DNA of 64,000 nucleotides from Ascidiella aspersa (Eukaryota): NCBI GenBank assembly GCA_963924565.1, contig OZ004614.1, positions 18,972,001 to 19,036,000 of the forward strand, read 5' to 3'. Shown piece by piece: positions 54,291 to 64,000 of this stretch (position 1 is its first letter; each line of letters starts with the position of its first letter). The notes under the pieces were generated by a model. It saw only the letters and a program-made list of their open reading frames with translations, ran no database searches and was not told where the DNA came from. The position numbers and the translations under genes were made by a program.

Positions 54291-54770
54291 TAAAAATATT
54301 TTACCTGACCCGCAATCGTAAATTCTAGCAGTTATCCCGCCCCCGATGCTCAGGCGTTACAATTAAATTTGACCCAATATAAAAAATCTTTGGTTAACCC
54401 TAGCCGCAGCCATGGCGTCTCTTTTTAATTCAAATTTTGCCAATTAAACCAAAAAACGTATTTTTTAACGCTGCGCGCGATTACCTTGCATTTGAGTGCT
54501 TATTTTTTTCTTCTTAAAAAAAATTGTAACCCTGGAATATGCACGCAGCAAAGCATTATAAAACTGCGTTTTGGGTTCGCCTCATTGCAATTGCCAATAA
54601 ACAAAACGACGCTGCGAAAAAGTCCGCAACTTTAATGTTAAATCGTGTTGAGTCATTCAGAGTTAAACAAGCTATTGACGATCTATTTTTTTTACATTAC
54701 GAAATTTCTTATCTATTCGTGCGAAAAGGCAATTTACGGTTTGAACCCGAGTTATTGAACAATTATTCGG

Positions 54771-57700
54771 TCAGCAGGATATTCCGTTGCCAAATATCAC
54801 TTGGCACGATCTGGCCTGGCGACAAACTTCGTATTGGCAATGATAGCAGGGCAGGGGATCTGCAAAAAACAAATGCAATACCATTAAATCAATACGACTG
54901 AAAAACACGATAAGGTCTATCGATTTTTGCAACTGATTAAACGTTCACACCTACAATCAAAAAAATTTGAGAAAAAAGGTCAACTACAACCTGCGTTTGG
55001 CGACAAATTGCGCGGATGTGTCAGGATCTGCTTGATAAACTTTCGTGATATGACACATTAGATAACCACTAATTGTGCTGCTTTGAATCAGCGCGCCAAA
55101 CTACCAGGCGTCCCTACACATTGTGGGTACAAGCGAATTTTATATACGCCGCTCGTTACCTGGCAGACCTTTAAGATGTGTATTCAAAGTCCGTTTAAAC
55201 TATAATAAAACGCGTGTCGTCTAATGCCTTGAACAAGGGTCGGAAAATTTGTTCTCTGTAATAAATTCCTACTAACAATTTGGCGATAAAACGTGTGGCT
55301 TTTAAAGCATTTTATTATGATAACTCTCAATTAAGGACAGATCCTGGATTTTTACGCAAAGGAAAATAAGTCAAATTATACTTAAAAAGGCATCGCTGCC
55401 CGAAGTGCGACGAAAATAGAGTTTTTTGAGGTTTAATTTGGTAAAGCTTTATTTCGGAAGGAGACGTGACGCATTGTGTACGCTGAAAAAATACAAATAT
55501 TGTTCAGGTTGTTGCTATTATATGTCCATCATAAACGATGGAATGAATCCGCAAAAAAGCGAAAAAAGTTGGCGAAACTTTTATTTTGAAGAGTTCCATG
55601 CTACGCATTATTTCCACTAAGAGTGTTGCCAAGATTTTGGGCTGGGAAAAGCTACTCTAAACGCAAACTTCACAGGAAAATAAGGCTGTTTTACGCATTA
55701 AGATATTTTTGTATTTAAGCAGAGTAAAAAAGCTGAATTATATATTTGACTTGTCATCGTGCCTAATTTGCAAAAGAAGTCGCGGGCTTGATGAATTTTA
55801 CATTGGCTGCTGACCGGACCGGATCCGATCCGACTCGCGGGCCTTGATATTATACATCATTGTATTTTTAAGTGGCAAAGGGTTGACCCTTCAAGGTAAA
55901 TGACATATTCTAAGAGTGCATCAACAAATATATGAATTTGTCTTTTGTACTGCTATTTGTACACATTGCTAAGCGTACACCAAACATACGACTCACCGTG
56001 ACGCATTTGCAGCAACCGGTGCTAAAGCCCACCACGTATACATGTATAGTAATACCGGTTATTAAGGTTTTGCATTTGGGTAAATAAATCCAGTTTTCTG
56101 TTCTATTGGTTAACAAAAACTTTAAATGTTTAGGAAGCAGCTTATGACCGGCACCGCTATTTAAAACGAAATTAAGTATATGAAGTAACCGACTTGTTTT
56201 TGCCGTATTTTTTATGTTTTACAAACTTCACCCTCGGCAAACAGTTGATCTCGGTTTTAACAGGTAGAATTTTACGAAACTTAATTCTGTAAACTTTGTA
56301 AGGAGGAGCTGCTCAAAAATATAAAATCATAAAAAAAAATTAGGTCAAAAAATTACGTCATAGTGTGATGTCAAAAAGCTTGTGCAAATTCAGCAAAGAA
56401 ATGACGTACTATAAAAAATAATCGCATTTATTTAGCTGGTATATGAGAAAACGTTTAATTTGGACGATTAAAGCTGATCTCACAGCTATATTGCTGCAAA
56501 TAACATATACAAATTGTACTCTGTGATTAAGCCCTTGTATATAGTCACACAAGCCAACCATAACGTCACATATTCTCCACCGGATGCTGTTGGAAAGGCT
56601 ACGTAAATCAGTCAGTTTGGTCAAAGTTTTCGGACAAGCAAGGCCAGGCTGGAAAAGCAATAGCTTGCGGCGAGGTTCGAACTCACGATCTCCAGTCAAA
56701 CTGGGACGTGTGTTAAATTACAAATGTTCACAAGGCGAAAAGTTTGCATTAACGAACTAGTTTATATATTTTTTGTCAAGACTATGCTATACCATGTATC
56801 ATGCAAAACGGTGTGATGAAACACATTTGAAACTGGCAAAGTTTTTTTTTTAAATTACATAGCTTAATTTACAAGAAAACATATTATTGAAACGGCAATA
56901 AAATACTTTTGATGCTGTGTTTATATTGTGTGGGGAGCGGGGAAATGCCTTTATCTTGGTTCACATAAAACTTTTATTTTAAGAAGCCTATATTATGTAG
57001 TTAAAATGGCAAATTCGGCAACCAAAAAAGCGATTTAGCAAGCTTCTTTTAGCGTAAGACAGTGTTTATCAATCTTTTTCGCGACCTGAATACTAAGCGT
57101 ATGTACTACAGCGAAACTTTGGCGAGAGAATTCCCCCTTTTAATTGTTTTACTAAGCTTGAAGTGAACGAAGAAGAAATAATACAGTTGCTTTAATAAAT
57201 TCAAATTTATTAAATACGGGTCAGGTGTTTCGTTTGTGTGTTTTCACCAATTTGTTAAATTTCGGAGAAATCTTGGCCAGAACCAATGTCGATTAATTTA
57301 ACTGCGTGCACTTCCTCAGTCGTCGACCCAACCAAGTCAAACTATCATGGTTGATTTAAAGGTTAAAGCAACGTTAGCAAAACAGAACTTCTCTTACGTC
57401 GGGCGTAACGGCAAGGGTATCCAGTCTGAAGCCATCTACGGCTGCAGTAGGTTTGAAGGCACCGATAAAAGAACTTGTCTCGGTTGTACTTCCTGCCTAA
57501 AACGTACAAAAGTACGATAATACATATGACAAATTAACAGCCATTCATAAGTATACTTCTTGTATTAAAGAAATCCGAGAATTTGTCAGCAGGTATTTAT
57601 CGAATTATGTCAAATAAAAACGTATTTTAATAGTTTACGTTTGTAGCCGATGTTTTGAAACACAATCACTTTGGTGCTGTATTCGTAAAACCACATTTGT

Positions 57701-57771
57701 TATTACTTACCTTCACTTAGCGAGATGCAAACCAATAAGATTGACCACAACAAAACCGTCCGGATCTTCAT
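54771..57771 (-). CDS. Secreted cationic 8-Cys peptide, diverged inverted paralog D (82 aa)
   Basis: Exons 57771-57711, 57496-57398, 54859-54771 (61/99/89 nt, same sizes and phases as copy A), strong GTAAG donors and TAG/CAG acceptors. MKIRTVLLWSILLVCISLSEG-RKYNRDKFFYRCLQTYCSRRWLQTGYPCRYARHPLPCYHCQYEVCRQARSCQVIFGNGISC*. 36/61 mature residues identical to A without gaps; all 8 Cys kept. Confidence 0.9.
56530..56700 (-). mobile_element. tRNA-derived SINE fragment in intron 2 of paralog D
   Basis: Minus strand gatcgtgagttcgaacctcgccgcaagctattgcttttccagcctg: B box plus similarity to the body after the 11063 head. Confidence 0.6.
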
Positions 57772-59117
57772 TACAAGTTTTTGTTGTTCTCCGTAGCGAA
57801 CCCAGTTCGTCGGCAGTTGAAAAACTGCTGTTATGCACAATTCAATGATGCTTTGAAATTTCAGACGGAAATGAATGGATCAATGCAAACCAAAGCTCTG
57901 TCAGTCCACTCAAATGCCGAATCTCAAGCGAGATTATTTTTATGTTGCTTCACTTACTTTATTTGGAGTTTTAGGCAACCGCAGCAAACTAAATAATACA
58001 CAACACTAAAGGCTTTAAAGGTCGGCAGTTCAAGGCCACAACTTTGAATATCAAGGGTGCGGGTTGCTTCTGCATTGTACCAGCAACAGAAAAAGGCCAG
58101 AATCGTTTTCTCTCCTTAAAACGCCTATTGTTCACCCTGTCTCTTCGCTGTGCATCGCTGAATCTCTTATGGCCTTGAATGGTGAACCTTTTTGAACTGC
58201 AGTTTTGCAGCTATATATACGGTAAAATGTACTTGTACATCATTTTGTTTGACAAAGTAAGCACAAAAACGTGGGTTTTCACCCATATTCTGTTTACTTC
58301 CGCAATATACGTTTCATTGAACAATATACGCAACATTTCTTATAACATCAATTAGCAGACTGCCTACACCAGGGGACAGGTGTGTAGTGACTATACATCA
58401 CCTAGCGGTAGCTAGATCTGCCAAACCGAATTCGTATTCTATTGCATTTTGTTCCTTTTTCGTCCGCTAACTTTTTTTCGTCCGCTATCTTTTGAGATTA
58501 AAAATTCCGTTGGACAAGAATATTAGCCGCATGTTGCTCTTATTCATTGAATTAGAAAACCAGAAATATCTAGTTGAGTTTTCATTTATGAAAACGTAAT
58601 GTCGTGAAAAAAAATGAGTGAAAAAAGCACGAAATTAGTAGTAATGGTACTCAGTAAATGCAAGTGTTTTTTACATTTTTATCAAAACAAATATAACCTG
58701 TATTTAACTGTTCCGATAAGATTACATACGATGCTGCAAAATACATGATAACCAAAAAAATCGACAACGTCGCTCTAATGTATTTTTTACCGTGTGTTGG
58801 AGTCGCAAAGTGCTAGTTAAACTTAATTTATTTATCTTAGACATTTTCTAAATATTTTCAGTGGTTTGATTAAAACTTTATACAATATTATAAACGTTAA
58901 CGGAATACCACCTTCTGAAAAAGCATTGTACGATTTACCTAAAGCGGTAAAAAATCTTAAAAAATATATACAGTATATTAATTTTAGAAAATACTTGATT
59001 TAATGATTAAAGTCATATTATGTTTTAATCTCTTCCTAAACATGTCATTTTACTTTTTAGCAACAAATGATATACTTTCTAATTTTTGTATATGGCCGTA
59101 TTTGTCCAAATTCTAAA

Positions 59118-59282
59118 TAGAGAAATCAGGTGGCACTGTATAAAGACAAATTGTATTTGATTCTCGACAAGCTTTCGCACAACCGTGCTTCATATACTTT
59201 GACCTGATGAAGCACGGTTGTGCGAAAGCTTGTCGAGAATCAAATACAATTTGTCTTTATACAGTGCCACCTGATTTCTCTA
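59118..59282. repeat. Perfect 76-bp inverted repeat with 13-nt loop; Penelope-like element terminus
   Basis: 59118-59193 is the exact reverse complement of 59207-59282; contains CTGATGAAG...CGAAAGCTT. Confidence 0.9.
59198..59237 (+). ncRNA. Minimal type I hammerhead ribozyme motif (Penelope type)
   Basis: Stem I tttgac/gtcgag (with G-U pairs), CUGAUGA (59204-10), stem II gcac-ggtt-gtgc, GAAA (59224-27), palindromic stem III AAGCTT, NUH = CUU (59229-31). Confidence 0.65.
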
Positions 59283-60059
59283 CTTTCTAATTTGAATCTC
59301 TTGTGTTCTATATAATCTGGAATTCGTCTGTCAGATTATTAATATCTAATGATGACGATAACTATAGTTCATTTATTTTACTGTTTATTAGTTTTGATTA
59401 TATTTCTCAGATCAATCAGCCTCAGGGAAGACCAACGACTGTCAATACCTGGGAGTCTGATAACTCCATCATTTGTAAATCAATCGTAATTTCCTGGCCT
59501 AAAATTTCCCGCTATTGTGAACACAACAAAACTACTTTAGTATAAAACAAAAGTATGCATAACATTACTGTTGTCAAGATTGTACAACTAATGCCATTTC
59601 TAAAGAAAAATATGTTTTGTCTATTTTTAACTTTGTCGACTTGTTTTTTGTATAATATTGTTTTTTGAAACTGTAATAATTTCTGCGATCAATTGTAGCA
59701 GTTTTTTATGATCAAATACAATACTCGGAAACCTAAAATCAGTTTGTTTGGACGTAAATATAAATGTTGCCTATATACGCAGTTTAAAACAGTTTAAGAA
59801 CCACTACACTATAGTCACTGATATAAAGAGTTAAATGAAACATACATATGTTGCTTACCAAATTTTGTTTAAGGTCATTTTTTGTACGTTCATCAGCCAA
59901 CCAGTGTGCAAACAATTTGGTTATAGCTCTTAGCCTTAGATATTGACAAACGGTTGATGAAATATTTGACGGTTGATGAAATATTTGCTTTTTATATCAC
60001 CACTAATACTTTAATACTGAGTTAGTATGGGCCCTGGGTAGATCAATGTTTTTGTTTGA

Positions 60060-60160
60060 GGGAAAGTTCAAATTTTATAGTGTGGAAGTTCAAGTTTATT
60101 GTGGGGCAATTTGTGGGGAAGTTCAATTTATTGTGGAGCAATTTGTGGGGAAGTTCAAAT
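60060..60160. repeat. Short minisatellite (~32-bp unit)
   Basis: ggaagttcaa..tttattgtgg.gcaatttgtgg repeated 2-3 times. Confidence 0.7.
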
Positions 60161-60347
60161 TTTTTTTTACAAATCTTATATATGACGTGACTAATAATAA
60201 ACATAGTTAAACGAGATTTTACTATACGAAAATACAAAAAACAATTATAAGTATATTCGCGTTTTAAGGATGTCTTCCCAGACCAAAAGCGATGTGCGCA
60301 TGGGATCTATACATGGAAAATTATTTGTAGCATGAAACTGTCTAAAA

Positions 60348-60654
60348 CAGACCCGGGCAAACTACGGCCCGCCAAGCAATAAAGTCCGGCCCGGCTCATT
60401 TTCAATAAAACTTTTTAGGGTAAAAATAAGCACTAACATTTTATTTCTAGATTTCACAATATTTTATTGAATGAATTACTCTTGTAAGGCATCCACACAT
60501 ATCCCTACTCTTACCAGCTTGCCAAAACAAGAATATTTAAAGATTCTTTTAAAATGAATTGTATTATGTGTGTCTGAAATCTCCTTTAAGACACGGATCG
60601 CTGAGGCATTTTTAAGTTTCTCATGCGACCCGCTCTCTTAATTACCCATCCCTG
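60348..60654. mobile_element. hAT-type MITE
   Basis: cagacccgggcaa...ttacccatccctg, ggcccg subterminal motifs, TSD (g/a)tctaaaa. Confidence 0.7.
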
Positions 60655-60750
60655 ATCTAAAATGAAAATTTCTCAAAATTAATCCAATTTTTCCGCGAAT
60701 GTGTTCCGTCTTATATCCCAAACAATATAGTAACAAAAGCAAATAATATA

Positions 60751-60975
60751 CAAAATGGTCCAAAAGTAGGCTTACAGTTGTTATAAAAAGTAGAGTTTGG
60801 GCCTAAAGCAAATTTATTGTTTTGGGGTTCTTCTCATACACCTTGTTCTTTACAACATCCCCTAAAAAGAAATCCATTGGTGTGAGATGAGGTGAGCTTA
60901 GTGGCCATTCAATGCTACCTCTTCTTCCAAGCCAACGCTGTGGAATAACTGTAACCCTACTTTTGGCCCACCCTG
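60751..60975 (-). mobile_element. Internally deleted Tc1/mariner-superfamily element
   Basis: TA-flanked TIRs (cagggtgggccaaaagtagg / caaaatggtccaaaagtagg). Minus frame RWLGRRGSIEWPLSSPHLTPMDFFLGDVVKNKVY matches the WPxxSPDLxPxDFFLWGxxKxxVY transposase motif. Confidence 0.85.
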
Positions 60976-61279
60976 TATGTACATCTTTTAATTTGTGTGT
61001 GCCCAATGCGTCACGTCACATTATAAATTAAAACATTTGCCAATAGAAACCAAACAAACGCAATTTTTTAGCGCTTAATTAGGCTCGTTATCAATTGCAT
61101 AAAACCTTGAGGTCGGCCTCTGACTAAAAGTTAAATATTAAAATGCCTAAATACCACGTTTTTAAACAACATTGTTAGTAGAAATTTATTATGGCCCGCC
61201 CAAAACTTGCTAAGCTGGTTTTGGCCCGCGATTAGTAGGTTGCCGTTGCTGACCGCTGGCTTAAATAAATAGATAAACT

Positions 61280-61300
61280 GGGAAATTTTCCCATGGTAAC
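61280..61300. promoter_or_regulatory. Overlapping kappaB-like near-palindrome and RFX X-box-like motif
   Basis: GGGAAATTTTCCC overlapping TTTCCCATGGTAAC, ~900 bp upstream of the CHWLSRRR gene ATG. Motif match only. Confidence 0.3.
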
Positions 61301-62188
61301 CCTATTTCCACTGAGTGAAATCCTCTGGTATAGCAGTTTGTAGTTTTAGCCTATGCATTGCGGTTTCAAGAGCCCCAATTTTTTGTTAAACACGGTATTG
61401 TTTAGCAAGTCCACAACTTATTGATTTAGCTTGGTTTTCCTGTACAGACATTTTTCTTTTTTTCACATCAGATAAAAACGCAGCACGGATAATGAAAACT
61501 GATTAGGAAAAGTAATTTATACACGAGACATCTATTACGCACAATCGACATTAAGTACACTCATTTATAAGGCAATTACCTATGCGAAATACTCAAACTG
61601 TTGTTCCAAGGAACGATATTTTGCCACAAAAAAGGGTGTAACCATTCTGTAGAATAAAAACAATGGAAACATGTAAGCTGATAGGTAGCATTAAAAGTTT
61701 AAGTAAAAACTATACAACTTAAATCAATAGCATAAATAACATTAGGTTAAAAAATATATTATATATAGGCTGATAGTGAACCATTTTTAATTATTTTAGT
61801 TATAGGTTTACATTTGGAAATGTATTTATAGGACTCATATAGTTGCTTTATATTTAGATAACGGTGGGTTTTGTTGGCTTAGCCGAACAAGAGACTAAAA
61901 AATGATAGTATTTTGGAATAGTTTTTCTACTTGTCCGCTATACACCTGGCAACGCTACATAGCACACTACTCGTTCAGAAGCGCCGCCTTAGTTTATCGT
62001 GCGCGCCTTTTGTGGTCGATTTTACCGGCATTTGACAGTCTGCTCATGGTGGTACCACCAACATCAAAATGCGCTGGAACTGACGCCCGCTCGGCCTGCC
62101 TTGGGGCCACAGAGCGACGCTCGAGTTGAAACTCAAATTAAACATCTCATCTCGATTAGGAAGTGGCATATAGTTAACGTCCGCATCG

Positions 62189-63355
62189 ATGGCTATGACG
62201 TTCCGCTGCGCGATCGTTCTGTTTGTGGCTCTGTGCTGCGTCCAGCCCCTACTGGGTGAGTTAACCAGGCGAAGGCAAAACAAAAGAGTCTGTTGTCGAT
62301 CTTGTAATATATCATTCATCAGTGTACTCTGGTCAAACCATTAAAAGTCACTGTTAAAAAAATCTGAACTGAGCAGCTAAAGCGTAAACTTATGTCAGCA
62401 AAAGTGTAAACTTATGTCAAGTGTTGAGGCAGAAATGTAGTTAAAATCATGTTTTTATTTCTACAAACGCTGTTGCGTGCTCGTTCTGGTTTTGGGTCTG
62501 CAACCTCTTGTAGCGCCGTTGCTTATTATATTACGTATACAAACTAGCGTACTTAAAATTGGGGTCGTCGTTTTAAAACGAATACTCCTATTCTACAAAA
62601 TTATACTTTGCACAAAAATTACCATGTTACTTAATATTTTGATGTGTTTGTGAAAATCAAGTTATACTTGTCTTTAGGATGTCACTGGCTAAGTAGGAGA
62701 CGAGGCAAAAGACAAGCCGATGAAAGCTCGTCTCAAGAAGAGATCGGCGAAACAGAATATCTGCGGTTCTTTCTTACCGAATGTCTCGAGAATAAGGTTT
62801 TATAATGTGTTGTGTTGACTCAAGTCAATGACTTAACTTAAGTCATTAATACCTAAGTACTAGACTTAAATTATTTTAATAAAATAACTTTACTACACTT
62901 AGGCTTTCAGATAGATAATTTGGCTTATAGGTAAGTGTTTTTGTAAATAAGTTTCTGTACAAAGGTTTTACGGGTTTACCCCAATTTATGCAGGCAAAAT
63001 AATTTGCCCGCTATATTTTACATTTTGTTGTAAAATACGTTTACAAATTAAAAAAAATTGATGCGTTTGACTTGTCTTTGCCTTGATTTAATTTGCCCAG
63101 AACTTGGACTGACAATTCTCTTGAACTTTTTTTTAATAACCTGTTTACAACATTGGTTTGTACTTTCGAATTAGATTCAACCTGCAATTACAGCACAGGT
63201 TCCTAATCGCCAGGTATAGGCTACTTGCTGTTGTTATCAAGCGGGATCTTTTGTGTTTGCAGGCCGGAGACATCTGGGATTGGCGAAGTGTGGTCGACGT
63301 TACCATTCTCGACTCGTTCTGGTACACTGTGACCGACGAGCTAGATTGCGGGTAA
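62189..63355 (+). CDS. Prepropeptide (92 aa): signal peptide, CHWLSRRR-G-KR amidation/cleavage cassette, acidic C-terminal extension
   Basis: Exons 62189-62255 (G|gtgagt), 62678-62796, 63263-63355. MAMTFRCAIVLFVALCCVQPLLG-CHWLSRRR-GKR-QADESSSQEEIGETEYLRFFLTECLENKAGDIWDWRSVVDVTILDSFWYTVTDELDCG*. Phases 1/0 join in frame; AATAAA at ~63692. The exon-2 donor (gtttta) is weak. Confidence 0.8.
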
Positions 63356-63761
63356 TCGCAAGAGATTTATTCGTAATGCTAGGCTGGGTTTGTTGTCATC
63401 TTTTGTCGTTTGTTGACAAAGTTTAAGTGGTCGAGCGAAGCAAATGTTGCATGGCTGTTCTAACTTGGTCATTCGATCAGAGCACAATTTGCTGCACCAC
63501 CTAAAATGACTCGTAAGGATTAAGTAAATATCATGGGTGAATTTGGCCCTTCCGAAAGACGCCCACGAACAACAATACCGAAGGTTTTTAACAAAACTAA
63601 ATTAACGTTTTCTCTGAATTAAAAATTGGAAGAAATGTCTATATAATTATTAAAAACAAAGAATAATTAGAGAATTACCCGTCTCGATATTAATAAAACT
63701 GTGATCACACTAACAAAAATCCAAAAAGGGTCTACAAAATAGGCTTCTGTAGTTTTTAAAG

Positions 63762-63987
63762 TCAGTACTGCATCGTTGTACAAGGTCTTGTATTTTTTTG
63801 TCGTTCAGAGTCAAATTGGGCCAGGATACAGTCGACTGCTGGAAGACCAGATTGGGAGAATACATTTACTCCACGTCCCAGATCTACATCGACACTGTAT
63901 TTTGCATCAATTTGTTCGCTGTGAATGTGTCGGAAGCACGTGAGTCATCTTCAGCTATATGTTTCTCTTTGCTTGATTTTAAAACCT
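63762..63987 (-). CDS. Possible terminal exon(s) of a convergent gene entering from the right edge
   Basis: Acceptors ctttcgcag (63988) and cattcacag (~63920) each open a short frame (VLKSSKEKHIAEDD... or EQIDAKYSVDVDLG...). I cannot decide between them. Confidence 0.25.
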
Positions 63988-64000
63988 CTGCGAAAGTGGG

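Noticed and set aside
55997-56021. 25-nt exon-like segment (tttag...gtgagt) in intron 2 of paralog D
   Set aside because: Inclusion would shift the frame and destroy the conserved Cys pattern; no counterpart in copies A-C.
62678-62712. Naming the CHWLSRRR-GKR peptide GnRH, vasopressin-like or orexin
   Set aside because: It lacks pGlu1/Ser4/Pro-Gly of GnRH and the second Cys and neurophysin of vasopressin; the orexin similarity is only QPL.
14192-64000. A complete biosynthetic gene cluster with modifying enzymes
   Set aside because: I found no exons resembling tyrosinase, halogenase, peroxidase, protease or PAM; only precursor-type genes are supported.

Overview
AT-rich animal genomic DNA with spliceosomal genes, introns as short as about 53 nt, hAT-type MITEs, tRNA-derived SINEs and Penelope-type hairpins. 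This style fits an invertebrate, probably an ascidian; that assignment is inference and not provable from this window. Most ORF-track entries are spurious or off-frame, so I rebuilt the genes by hand from splice sites. (1) 3.7-12.2 kb, minus strand: a 16-exon gene for an ~803-aa protein of unknown function with an N-myristoylation-type start (MGTGSSK). (2) 14.2-53.0 kb: three tandem copies of a 12-14 kb segment. Each carries a 3-exon gene for a secreted, very cationic 8-cysteine peptide and a copy of a 'WYD-repeat' gene. Only the third WYD copy is intact (48844-50580): signal peptide plus 42 tandem 13-aa units with an invariant R-[A/S]-W-Y-D core, i.e. a multi-core peptide-precursor architecture. 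The other two are 5'-truncated pseudogenes. (3) 54.8-57.8 kb, minus strand: a diverged fourth 8-Cys paralog (59% identical mature peptide, all Cys and intron phases kept), which confirms the reading frame. (4) 62.2-63.4 kb, plus strand: a 3-exon prepropeptide (signal, CHWLSRRR-GKR, acidic extension) predicted to release an amidated octapeptide. Together these look like a cluster of three unrelated secreted-peptide families. The WYD polyprotein is the best candidate for a novel system, possibly a ribosomal precursor of Trp/Tyr(DOPA)-derived small molecules. No tailoring enzyme is visible in the window.
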